The translations under genes were made by a program, and so were the position numbers. A stretch of 64,000 nt of DNA from assembly GCA_951406725.2 (NCBI GenBank), contig OX597822.1, positions 21,886,001 to 21,950,000 on the forward strand, read 5' to 3'. This DNA comes from Octopus vulgaris. Lineage: Eukaryota. Positions 23,507 to 35,888 of the stretch are shown here, in pieces (position 1 is the stretch's first letter; every line of letters begins with the position of its first letter). The notes beneath the pieces were generated by a model. The model was not told the origin of the DNA. It saw nothing but the letters and a program-made list of their open reading frames with translations, and ran no database searches.

Positions 23507-26140
23507 CAAGCTGACATTCCCAGTAATTCCTGGAAAAGCAAGGCTTATCCCTTGGTTCTGTTCTCATAATTATTTCGCTAATCCAATAACAACAGTACAA
23601 AGCATGTAGCCCTTAAAATGGTCTTTCTGCATTTACAGGGAATACCAAACTGTCTTACATAGAATCTTGTTTTTAGGAAATCCCAATAAATTATGAATAC
23701 TCAAATCGTGAAGTCAGTTACATAACATGAAATTAGTTACCTAATAGTAAGAATTCAAATAAAGTAGCCCAGAAAAGGCCTTTAATGTGTTCCCAGAGTG
23801 TATAGAACTTAGGAGGAAATACCAATAAGGTATGTATACCAAAATCATGAAGCACGTTACATAATAACAGGCTAATCAGATATGAGATAATAACAATGCA
23901 AAAGAAATAACTCTGAAAAGGGCTTTTGTGTGTTCCGAGAGAAAAATAACCCTTACGGGTGCTAGTGTTGAAATAGATTTACAATGAATGTAGAAACAGG
24001 CTGACATTTAGTTGTACAGTAGACATACAAATAAATTTGCATATAGATTTAAAAATAAAATAGCATGTAGATTATCAATACATTTATAACACTTACAAAT
24101 ATTAAAGTTAAACAATAAATGCCTGATGATTTGGTGAATCTTATTAAGTTTGCAGAGCTTCTTGATAAACAACAGTTTTGATCATTCCTTGTTGGGCATA
24201 ATAAACAAATGATTACGATTGTCAAGTCTTGAGCATTCCACATAAAGTTGACCATGGGAGAAAACTGGTTCCACAACATTCAGATTTACTACATCCAAGG
24301 GCTGCCCATTGGCCTTGTTAATGCTCATTGTTCAGCTCATTTTCAGCAGGAATTGCAGGTGCTTGTACTGGAAAGGCATATCTGAGGGAATAAGTGGAAT
24401 CCTAGGAATGAATACAGGCTCACTGCTTGCTTTACCAGTCAAAAATTGTTGTCTCCAAGACTGTTAGCATCATCTTCTTTATAATAAGTCATGTGCCCTT
24501 GAAAAACTTTGATGGATCAAGATTTCGAAGCAGCATAACTTGTGCCCCAATCTTGAGGTGCAAGTTGTGAGGTGGGAGGCCGGGTGGTGTTAGACTATTC
24601 AAGAATTCGACTGGATAATTCCCAGCTTCATCGATGTTGAGTATAGTGTCAATAGAATTGTAGATGCTCCAGAAGTTTGATGTTCAAATCATCAACTGCC
24701 ATATTCTTTCGGGCTAAAATGGCACAGGTTTTCAGCCAGTTGTGGTCTGAAAACTGATTCCTCAGGTTAGGAAACACCATAGTCATTAGTTCCCTTAAGT
24801 CAGATACCATACGTCCAAAAGGCAAGCTTACCCAGCCATCCTTCTTGCTAACCAAAGTGCCATTACTGATGTCTAACAATTGCTTTGAATAGGTTCTGTA
24901 TGCATCATCACCACTGAGCTGCAGATTCATGCTGGTTGTGAGTCTCAGTTTTTGCACACTGCTCCATAGGATGACTTTATGCTGGCATTTACCTCATGAG
25001 TTCTTGTCTCCTTTGGAACCACAGGAAGGGTTTGTCTAAAGTCTCCTGCAAGCAAATCTGTGGCACATGCCATGAGCCTTGTGTTGTCTCAGATCCTGAA
25101 GGACCATATTAAGAGCTTCAAAGGAAACCTTATACGGTGTTTCCAAACCTGAGGAATCAGTTGCCTCATCCTAGATGATCAATCTGCATTCACCAAGAAG
25201 TTTGCCTTTTATAGTACCATGATTGATGTTGCAGTTTGCCTTCTCTTTCTTGGACAGGTCCAAAGGAAGTCTGAAACAGGAATGAGCTGTGCGACCACCA
25301 CTTAGCAGAGTTGTAGCTATTCAAATTGACACCACTGCTATTATAACATGTTTCATTTTGCGCAGTTTGGCCAGAAGAAGGTTAATGACAAATGTCTTGC
25401 CAGTTCCACTTGGAGCATCCAGAAAGAAAAGACCTCCTCTTTCACTTTCAATGTTCGAAATAATTGCCTTATAAACATCCAGTTGGTCCTCAAACAGTTC
25501 GTGCTCATTATCATCTGTATACACCATCATTTCCTCAATATCATAGCTGATTTCTCACAGATACTCAATTGTGAAATCATTTGCTGACTGCTTGGGTGAG
25601 GCAGACCAAATGTGGCAATGCCTTGACCTCCCATAGCTTGCACATGGGTGTCCAGGTCAACTAATGCCTCGTTGTAAATAGGTGTTATTGAACATGGCTG
25701 TTTCCACTGAGACTTGCCTTTGAATCCTTTGTAGGATATCCTCTGCCATGCTGGTTTTGTGGTTTGCCCAAGCTTGAGAGGTTCACCCAAGCTACATGTC
25801 ATCAACATGGTAGAAAATTGCAGGTGCAGTTGACTTGGTGCTCTGCTGACTAATACCTCCTCCAGGGTCTGGTCCTAGTGAGCATCATCATCCAGTAGCC
25901 CATGTATGGTGCAGACTTCTTAATCGTGTCTTCGAAGGTCTGACAGTGTGCAGCAGTAGACGCAAAAAGAAGCACTCCTGCTGATTAGGGTGCACAGTGT
26001 ACACCTACCAATGGCCCTGCTTCTGAAGACTGCATGTTCTTCACAGCCCACAATGCATGCTTCTTGCTTGCATCTGTTCCATCTATTGTGCGCCCAAATA
26101 TAGTACACAGGTACCTCAACGTACAACAGTTTTCAGGCAA
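23507..26140 (-). mobile_element. Degraded Helitron (3' part of RepHel and 3' terminus)
   Basis: PIF1-family helicase motifs on the minus strand. A 3' subterminal hairpin (TTCCAG-GAATTA-CTGGGA, 23517-23535) is followed by ...CAGCTTG|T at ~23507 (a variant of CTRR). Confidence 0.9.
24215..26140 (-). pseudogene. Helitron RepHel PIF1-like SF1 helicase pseudogene
   Basis: FFLDAPSGTGKTFVINLLLAK (Walker A); TLLSGGRTAHSCFRLPL; RLII*DEA; LAGDFRQTLPVVP; YPVEFLNSLTPPGLPPHNLHLKIGAQVMLLRNLDP; VFIPRIPLIP; MSINKA-GQ; VFSHGQLYV. Many stops and frameshifts. Confidence 0.92.
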
Positions 26141-27126
26141 ATAGATCACATTGGCATTAAAAGAAACAAGAAAAGTAAATAAAAAAAAGCTTGTCCACGA
26201 ATTCCCTAGGGAAGAAGAATGAAAGAAATCCAAAACAATGAAAGTAAGAACAATTTCAACAGAAAAGACAAGAAAATTAAGCAATGGTGACAAAAGGTGG
26301 GGATGTATACTTATACATACATACAAACATACACACACAAGCATATGTACATTCATTCATTCATACATACACACACACACACACGTGCAACTGTTTTTTT
26401 TCTGTTTCCATCTACCAAATCCATTCACAAGGCTTTGGCCACCTTGGGTCAATAGATATATATATATATATAGATGTGTACCAAACACACACACACACAT
26501 CTCTTAGCCTCTCTTTCTCTCTTCATTTCTCTTTCTCTTTGGGATTTTTTGTGGAGGGTTAAAGTGGTAACAAAAACAGGACAGTAAGAATAAAACAGTA
26601 AAAATAAATGGTGAGGGCTGTTAAGCCAAGACAAGGTGAAGTGGTGAATGCTGGAAAAACGAGCTTTGAGAAGAGACAGGCAAAAACACGTCTTATCTTT
26701 AGGAAGGAAGTAGAAGAAAGAAAGATAGATAGCTGTTGGTCATGTGTGAGAAACAAGAGAGTCAAAGAGAAAGAGTGTGAGAGAGAGAGGGAACCATAAA
26801 GGGGAGAGAAGAATTATTGAAAGGGTGAGAGAGAAAATTTTTTATTTAATTTGCTTTGCTGGAGGGACTGTTTTAATGAAGTCATGTCTTGTCCCTACCT
26901 TTGAAACGCGGAGTAGATAAAACAGGGGACAACTGATGAAGAGAATCTTTTTTTATGTTGCCTGCCTTGTTTCTCTATTTGTTTCCATCATTGTTTGAAA
27001 AATGTTTGTATTCCATGCTTTTATTTATGTTCTTTCTCATTTTATTCACATTTTTTACCTCCTGTACCCGTATATGCATGTATATATACATATATATGTA
27101 GGCATGTACATGTATGTGTGTATATA

Positions 27127-27197
<71 letters not shown>

Positions 27198-27251
27198 ATA
27201 TGATCGAACACCACACATCCATTTCTAAGTGTATATATACATATTTATATA

Positions 27252-27286
<35 letters not shown>

Positions 27287-27362
27287 GCATTGTTATTTGA
27301 CAATGTTGAAAAGCCTACAGAACAGTAGCCTACAGTGTGTCTGTAGAAGACATGTGACAGCC

Positions 27363-27421
<59 letters not shown>

Positions 27422-27440
27422 GTATGTATGTATGTATGTG

Positions 27441-27481
<41 letters not shown>

Positions 27482-27940
27482 GTATATATGATTTCCTTCT
27501 GACTAATCCTTGCTAATACCCTTTAACTTAACTTCCTCCTCTCTCTCTCTCTCCCCATTTCACTGTTTCTCCTCATTAACCTCTCTTTCCCTTTCTTTCC
27601 CCTTCTCCCTCCACTTTGCTCAATACCCACTTTTATGGTCATTCTCTCATAAACCAACCATCTCAATATGAACACACCATTCCCATTTCTGGCAAAATAT
27701 TGCCTGGACATTTATGCTGTGAACACACTACTCACACATTGCCGTTATACTGCCTGGATTTTCCTTGGATTTTCCTAAGGACATTCAGACTAACATTCAT
27801 ACCCCTGAAAAATGAACTGTGAACTCTATTTCTTTACTCTCTACTCTTCTATTCCTTTGCTTATTATCTGCAAATTTTCCATGTCTAGATCTTTTATCTG
27901 AATATTTCCATTCTCTAGATCTTTCATATGTTCCCTACTT

Positions 27941-28016
27941 GTCTCTGATGATGGAATACCCCGTATTCAGGCATACTTGCCTATCACTTGGGACATCCTG
28001 GAAACAGCTGTCAGAC
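27941..28016 (+). ncRNA. Type I hammerhead ribozyme
   Basis: GTCT-CTGATGA-(~50-nt stem II region)-GAAA-CAGCTG-TC-AGAC. Stem I is GTCT/AGAC, stem III is the palindrome ACAGCTGT, and the triplet is canonical GUC. Confidence 0.75.
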
Positions 28017-28293
28017 CCCAACTAATTTAAGAATAATATAAAAATGATGTATAATAATATAATATAAATAATAATATAAATGTATAATAAAATAATATAA
28101 AATGATGTTTGTTATGTCTCAGCATTTGTTGTCCTCTTTCACAAATTCATATCTGCTAAATTGGAAACCTAAAATGAATCCATAGCTCTCGTCTCACAAG
28201 CTTAGAACCCTTATAATCTGTTACAGCACTTACCAAGCGTACCTATTCATTTAGATCACCAGTGAACTAAACTCCAATATTCTGTGTGTGTGA

Positions 28294-28344
<51 letters not shown>

Positions 28345-28346
<2 letters not shown>

Positions 28347-28565
28347 GTAATCTCTCGCCATATCGCAGTTCACCAATCAAAGTTTATTATTTAAGCTTAT
28401 GTCTATTCCTCCATGGCGTTGTTTTGAATTTATAATGAAATAGATATATGCAAATTATAAAAAAGATTTTAAAAAATACATTACAGTACTGTTTCTACTT
28501 CCTGAATTTTCTCCTATCACGAGGTGTTTTGTAATGTAACACTCATGATAGTCGAGGGGTTACTG
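28345..28565. mobile_element. pogo/Tigger-type MITE with TA target duplication
   Basis: TA|CAGTAATCTCTCG...CGAGGGGTTACTG|TA. A second copy lies at 62344-62554. Confidence 0.8.
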
Positions 28566-28569
28566 TACA

Positions 28570-29082
28570 TCATATTCCATGTTGATAGGGATTAAATAAC
28601 TTGACAGGATATGATATTTCCCAAGCTTGCATTATCCCATCTCGGTATGGTCTCTCTGGCTAGTACCGTTCATAATATGAACCATTTTACAGAGTGTACC
28701 GTGTGCTTTGTTAACTTGTTTTTCCACATGATCTATTAAACTTTTAATTCTCTCCAAAAATACTCTGAGTTACCATTTTTATTCACTTTCAAATCTTTGC
28801 GATATATTTTTCCCAAGCAAATATTCAAAATAATTGTTGTTAAGAATTAAAAAATAACATCGATATATCTGCTACAAACACCAAGTTGTTTGACTAAACC
28901 TATCTTTTCACTTTGGTATAAATCATTAAGGAAAATAAATTTACATGAAAATAAATATATATCGGCTAATAAAGAGCTACAATTACCATCTATTGGAATG
29001 CCCTTAAATTGTTTAACCATCATTCCTACTACAGTAATATAAGTATTATTATTGAAAAAGCTAACCAACTTATTCAATCTAC
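28570..29082 (-). pseudogene. PLE reverse transcriptase fragment (Naiad-like signature)
   Basis: LVSFFNNNTYITVVGMMVKQFKGIPIDGNCSSLLADIYLFS...SRYIDVIF, compared with GIPMGxNCxPLLADLFL...RYIDD. Confidence 0.75.
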
Positions 29083-29539
29083 TCTTACTGATGTATGTAT
29101 GTATGTGTGTTTACATGTTTTATATATATATATGTGTGTGTGTGTGTGTACATATATATATATGTAAATACATATATATTTAAACATGCATATGTGTGTA
29201 TAAATATATATATGTGTGTATGTATGCACACACTCACACACACACACACACACACACACATGCATGTGTGTGTTGGGGTGCTTTGGAACTTTAAGTAAAG
29301 TAGATCTGAGTCAACCTGTTATTAAATATGTTCAACTTGAACAAAATACCTTGGGCTTATATTGTTCTTTCATTTACTCACTTCTCTCTCTCGGTCTTCC
29401 TCCTCTGTTTCTTTGTGTCTCACTACACACACACACACACATACAGACACATGTGCGTGTATACATAAATGCATGCAGATATATGTATACACACACACAC
29501 ACACACAAGCTCATATACACACACACATATTGTCGTTGC

Positions 29540-29852
29540 ACTCTATTGGTTACGACAACAAGGGTTCTAGTTGATCCGATCAACGGAACAGCCTGCTCAT
29601 GAAATTAATGTGCAAGTGGCTGAGCACTCAACAGACACGTGTACCTTTAACATAGTTCTCTGGAGGAGATTCAGCATGACACAGAGTGTGACAAAACTGG
29701 CCCTTTGAAATACAGGTACAACAGAAGCAGGAAGTACGTGTGAGAAAAAGTTGTGGTGAAAGAGTACCACACCCTGCCGGGTCTGGGAATTGAAACTGCA
29801 ATCCTATTACCACAAGTCCACTGCCCTAACTACTGGGCCATTGCACCTCCAC
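29540..29852 (-). mobile_element. tRNA-derived SINE family C variant
   Basis: Head GTGGAGGTGCAATGGCCCAGTAGTTAGGGCAGTGGAC...TTCAATTCCCAGACCCGG. The body is shared with 4397-4450, but the tail differs. Confidence 0.8.
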
Positions 29853-29882
29853 TTACACATATATGTATATATAGTCATATAT

Positions 29883-30132
29883 GTGGAGGCAAATGGCTTA
29901 GTGGTTAGGGTATCAGCACCATGATCGTAAGATTGTGGTTTCAATCCCTGGACCAGGTGATGCGTTGTGATCTTGGGCAAAACACTTCATTTCATGTTGT
30001 CCCAGTCCACTCAGCTGGCAAAAATGAGTAACGCTGCGATGGACTAGCGTCCCATCCAACTGGGGAACACATACACCATAGAAACTGGGAAACCGGGTCC
30101 ATGAGCCTGGCTAGGCTTTAAAAGGGCGCATT
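29883..30132 (+). mobile_element. tRNA-derived SINE family G, first of a tandem pair
   Basis: GTGGAGGCAAATGGCTTAGTGGTTAGGG...GGTTTCAATCCC (A/B boxes); ends GGCTTTAAAAGGGCGCATTT. Confidence 0.85.
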
Positions 30133-30380
30133 TGTGGAGGCACATGGCTTAGTGGTTAGGGTGTCAGCATCATGATCGTAAAATTGTGGTTTTGATTCCT
30201 GGACCCAGCAATGCATTGTGTTCTTGAGCAAAACACTTCATTTCATGTTGCTCCAGTCCACTCAGCTGGCAGAAATGAGTAATGCTGTGGACAGGCATCC
30301 CATCCAGCTGGGGAACACATATGCCATAGAAACTGGGAAACTGGGCCCATGAGCCTGGTTAGGCTTTAAAAAGGGCGTAT
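30133..30380 (+). mobile_element. tRNA-derived SINE family G, second of a tandem pair
   Basis: Head-to-tail diverged duplicate of 29883-30132, followed by a T run. Confidence 0.85.
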
Positions 30381-31638
30381 TTTTTTTTTACATACATGCA
30401 TATAGTTATTTATATACACTCACACACCACACACACATAACTGTTCAAGTATGTAGATTGTATGAACTTATATGCATCGTGCATATGTATTTATCTATGC
30501 ATAGAAATTTTAGCCAAATCTCTTCTATCATTACAAAATAACCTAGCCAGAAACTATGCTGAAGTCTGAGCAATAGACAGTATCTATAACTTGATGGGCT
30601 AGTCTTGTTACATATACTACTTCACACTGACCCTACCTGGCTAGGGTGCACTTAATTCCAGAATATTAAGCTATTTGTGCACCCGTATTGTGTATAGGTG
30701 GTTCAATTGATCACAAAACTGAGAATAATCATCGCTGAGACTGACAAAGCACCCATTTACTTTATCTTTTTACACACATTAACACACACATATGTTTGCT
30801 AACACATACGTCTATGCTTTCAAACATATATTCTTAATATTGATTTCTGTGGAAAATTGTGGTGTATTTTGCCTAATTATCTTAAATATGTATACTTACC
30901 ATGGTCTCCTTTGTTATTAGCATCAGCTTACCCTCCACTACCACTACAGCTTTAGAATACGTTTTTGTTTATTTCACAAATAAAGTGCCAACACCAAAGG
31001 AAAATGGTAAAATAATACGTGTGTGTGTGTGTGTGTGTGTGTGAGAAAAGGAGAAAGTGAAAATAATGAAAATACATAAAAAGGAACACATTAAAACATT
31101 ATAATGTATCATTAGACAACATTTGATAACATTACTGTTGTTTTGTTTTTGTATGTTTGGTTAGTTCTCAAATAGCTTTGAAATTTTTTTTTCAAACAAT
31201 AATAAATGATAAATATATTTGGTCATTTTTCTGTGCTGGAATCAGTTCGATAAATACACATTACTAAGGCACTCTTTTACAGCAGTGTCCCTCCTAACAC
31301 CAAATATATGTAACTTAGCACTTTTTCATGCATAACACAGAAAATACACATTCTCTCTCTCTTTCTCTCACTCTCTCTCTCCCTCTCTCTCACACACAAC
31401 TATGTATGATGGGCTTCTTTCAGTTTCCATCAACTAAATCCACTCACAAGGCTTTGGTTGGCCTGGACTATGTTAGGAAACATTTGCTAAATATGCCACG
31501 AAGTGGCTCCAAACTCAAAACAATGTCATTGAGAAATGAACTTCTGAATCACATAATTATGCCTGAACCCATATACATACATCTGTATATATATATATAT
31601 AAACGATAACACAATTGGGATATACATATATATAATAA

Positions 31639-31838
31639 GTGACAATTATTCGGTAGCCATGATAAACCTCCAAGTTTCGGATGTCAGGGCTGAAACCCAT
31701 GCTGTCATCTCTTCAGTTATCCGGCCATCAAAAAAAGGCCCTTTTACAATGGCCGGATAACTAAAGAGATGGTGGCATGTGTTTCCGCCCTGACATCTGA
31801 AACTTGGAGTTTTATCATAGCTACCAAATAATTGTCAC
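31639..31838. mobile_element. Foldback element made of two inverted hammerhead-bearing arms
   Basis: 31639-31728 is the imperfect reverse complement of 31749-31838. Each arm reads GATAA-CT(G/A)AAGA-GATG...CATC-Y-GAAACTTGGAG(G/T)TTTATC outward. Confidence 0.8.
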
Positions 31839-32089
31839 ATATTATATTTACAGATAAATTCTCTACTTATATAATAAAAGTTACAAGGCATAACATATTT
31901 TTTAGAATATATATCAGCCTTGCACACACATGTGCATGGTACCATGAACAATTTTGGAAGCATTGTTCAAGTTTGCCTTATTTTGGAATGAAGAAAAGTA
32001 TGTAAAAATAACTGTGCTATTTCAGTAGAATTCTACAAATGTGTGAAACATTGAACAAAAGAGAAACTTTGGAAGCAAATCGAAATATT

Positions 32090-32321
32090 GCCTGAAAATG
32101 ACTTTAAAATTGTGTGACCTGACCTTGCTTTCGAGGTTATTTTAGTAGTAAAAAAGGGTTGTACCAAAAACATACTTTATTTGGTAGCCAAAATATTACC
32201 GAATCTTTTGATACCCCATACGTCAAAATTGGCAACTCAATTTTCAAATCCATAAGGAACATATGCATGTGTGTGCACACACACACACACAAACAAGCAC
32301 ACTCTGTTTTATTATATAAGA
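32090..32321 (-). mobile_element. Probable 5' end of a non-autonomous Helitron-like element
   Basis: The minus strand begins A|TCTTATATAATAAAACAGAGTG followed by a (TG)n tract, the usual 5' TC plus microsatellite layout. The left boundary is uncertain. Confidence 0.5.
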
Positions 32322-33700
32322 TATGTATATACTGCATTCATCATTTGGTTATAAATGCATCATCTGTTCCAATCTGCATTGTGTTTAGTTTCTCAAAATG
32401 TTGGTTAGCTGATAATGCTGAATTTATCCTTTTTGTATGTTGTTTTTTGCTTTTTAAGCTCTCACTCCAATTGTGGGATTTTTGTGTTATTTGCAAGGAT
32501 AATTTCATTTAATCAAAGCCTATCAATTCACTACATTATATCTGTGATACCCTGCAGTATATGTATTTAGTATAGAGTACATGCTCTGAGAATTTTATCC
32601 TCTTTGCCATTGTTGTTATTCATAATCAGTATTATCGTATTCTTTATGCTTCTTAAGCACATGCAAACACACTCTGATTACTTCTCAGCTTTGCCACCTA
32701 AGTAGTATATCTTCTCTAAAGTTATCTAATAAGCAGGTAATCCATTGCTTTACAAATTATGTCATCTACTTGATATCATGATAATAAATAATGGCATTGA
32801 TATCTACCACATATGATCAATTGAATATTCTCTTGGGCAGGTCTATACAAACTGATAGACTAATTAAAGCAATACACAATATATCATCAGGGATAGAATT
32901 TCATCATCGTTCTCACTATCTTTCCTATTATCTACTTCAGCCCTTTCAGTATGTCTGTTCTATTAAAACTGTCCAAGGGATTTTCATCATCAATACTGAC
33001 ATGCCAATGCAGAAGTCTCTATGTTGTAGTTGAGCCTGCCAGAAATAGCAGTCAAAATTAATCCTCCCTCCCTCAACAATCTTAAAAAAGAATTTATGAA
33101 ATTAATAATACATAGTGCCGTGTATAAGAGATCTGCTCGGTCAAGAATAATCTGAGACTAAAGAACAACAACATACTGATTACCTTTAAGATAACATTGA
33201 TATATCCCAGTTTAGCATGGATTAGAAAGGTTTTCACCAGCACCATTCTCTTGATCTTACATCATCTTTCTATAAAGCTGCTATGTTGAGAGCTATTTGT
33301 CTTGAAGTTTTGAATGATTATTCTTTTGTTTTATTCTTCTATTGCAAATCAGTCAACTGATTTCACAGTGCAATTCTGAACAAAATCCATAACTGGTTTT
33401 CAAGTTAGGTTTGCTAAGAAAATATTACCAATACTTTTGTACTTCATGTACATATCCACCAATAATGGTGTCCTGATAAATATCTGTCTTTTATTTGTTT
33501 CAGTCATTTGACTGTGGCCTTGAAGGGTTTTAGGTGAATAAATTGACCCCAGGACATACTATTTTTTTAAAGATTATTACTTATTCTATTGGCCTCTTTT
33601 GCTGAACTGCTTAGTTACAGAGATGTAAACACACCAACATCGGTTGTCAAGTGGTGGTGTGAGGCATACACCAGACACAAAAACACATAAACATAGATAT

Positions 33701-33750
<50 letters not shown>

Positions 33751-33756
<6 letters not shown>

Positions 33757-33893
33757 TTAATCCAAACATGAAAACACAAAGAGAAAACACAACAACGCGA
33801 GGACGTGGAACAAGTATAGTATTATTGGACGCTCAGGAAAGAAGGAAAGATGGAGGAAAAAAAATCGCCAACGGTACACACGCGGTCACACGC
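33751..33893 (-). mobile_element. Repeat family D copy with the HHR segment deleted
   Basis: Aligns with 15482-15658 but lacks the segment between the GAAGGAAAG direct repeats; flanked by (TA)n. Confidence 0.75.
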
Positions 33894-35196
33894 AAATATA
33901 TATATATATATATATGTGATGGGCTTTTTTCAGTTTCTGTCTACCAAGTTCACTTACAAGATTTTGGTTGGCTCAAGGCTGTAGTAGAAGATACATACCC
34001 AAGGTGCCACTCAGTGGGAGTGAACCCAGAACCATGTGGTTTTGGGAAATAAGCTTCTTACTGTCCATCTTTGCCTGCGCTTATATATTGGGATAAACTT
34101 ATTAGATAAGTAAGTAAGTATGAAAGCAGCATCTGAAAAAATGGTGATAGTCTGCATTAGCAAAATGAAGACTTAAATCATCTTATTTTAAAGGTTTATT
34201 AAACTGTCATTTGAGATATGTTTCTATGGCAATGTTTATTCCAGAAAATATTGGTGCCGTATATTCTGATATAATCAACTTTTGTTGGTTCTTTTATTTT
34301 ATGTTCACTTCCCCATGTTATAATAAGTTGAATGCAGACATATAAGGTAGCCTTTTATAGTTGGATGCTTTTCCTGCCACTAACTCTTACCCACTTTTCA
34401 GATAAGGAATATTTTATTTCATTCCAGTTGTCTTTGGTAGCAGGATGTGGTGAAAAGTATTGTTGACAAGAAATGTAAACATCACATTACTGTTGCTTTT
34501 GTTTGGTAACAAGCAAAGACAAGGAATGTTAACAGTTGCACACAAACACAGGAACACATACATCTACACACACACATACACATACAATACTCATCATAAA
34601 ATAATATACATGATGTAGGGCTTAAGGTCCCTTTAGTCCTATCTCACCAAGGACTATTTAGAGTCTCTAGTGTTAGTGTCATGATAAAATGTACCCACTT
34701 CATTCTGTAACATGTTTGAAAATAGGGTGTCCAGCTGAAGGAAGCACCAGTCTAGGGGAGCATTAACTTTCAATAACCTGCCTTGGACTGTGACAATCCA
34801 TCTAACCTATGCCAACATGGAAAGTGGGCGTAAAGCAATAATAATAATAATGATGATAAAAATAATATAAAATAAAGACAAATAATTTATTATAAGGTAA
34901 AGAAATTTTTATCATCATCTTTTTCATATTTCAAAGTTATATATTGAAATCCTTACTTATGAAAACTGTTTTTAAAACAGGTTCTATGCTCACAGGTCAG
35001 AGATATTTCTCTATGGACTAAGTCCAACATCTGGTAACAATTCTCCATTGAAATTCACTACTTTACTATTTTGGTAGTGCTTTTGGAGAGAGAGATATAA
35101 TATTTCAATCTCATGAATTTTTAAGATTTTGCCCTTATTTAAGCAATGACTGTTAAAAAGAAATGAAGATAAAATAAATTATCATTATTGTTATTA

Positions 35197-35730
35197 TTGA
35201 GTGAGAGAGCAGTGCATGCCATCAAAGTGACACTGGGGTACAAATGTAAACGAATCCCCATATACCCATCACAACTACCTGGCTGATTAGAGAACAACAG
35301 GCATATGCATCATAACCATATGTGCAAGAGATTGTAGCCCCATATCAAGATAAATAGTGCATGACCTTGCAGTTGATGTCTATTTAGAATTTTCATCAAG
35401 TCAAAAAGCCCATCCTGCTCAAAAGATCCTTGAATATGTATTGTTTAAGGATGAACAATGCACCCATGTTTCCAGAGGTCAATTATTCAAACTGCAAAAA
35501 ATCCCTCTCAGCACATGGCTATGTTCAGAGATTCACATATCATGATCGGAGATGCTCATGATCAGAGATTCTCATTATTGGAGATGCACATATTGTCCAC
35601 CACTAAAGAATATACTCAACGATTGAGGTCAAGCAACTGACAAGAAAATATGTGGTATTGAGCAGAATATTTGCTGTAACCCATCTTTTACACCAAGACA
35701 AAGCATATACATGGTAAAGTTTCCAATCAG
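35197..35730 (-). mobile_element. Non-autonomous retro-like family H, flanked by (TTA)n
   Basis: Homologous to 57030-57368 (TTGAGTGAGAGAGCAGTGCATGCCATCAAAGTGACACTG...), with TTA repeats at both ends. Confidence 0.7.
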
Positions 35731-35731
35731 T

Positions 35732-35806
35732 TTATCATTATTATTATTATTGCTGTCATTGTTATTGTTGTTGTTATTGTTGCTGCTGCTGCTGCTACTA
35801 CTACTA

Positions 35807-35888
<82 letters not shown>
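35732..35888. repeat. Compound trinucleotide microsatellite (TTA/TTG/CTG/CTA/CTG/TTA)
   Basis: Directly visible. Confidence 0.95.

Noticed and set aside
29883-29960. tRNA-like sequences at SINE heads as tRNA genes
   Set aside because: They have A/B boxes but no complete cloverleaf, and they continue into SINE bodies
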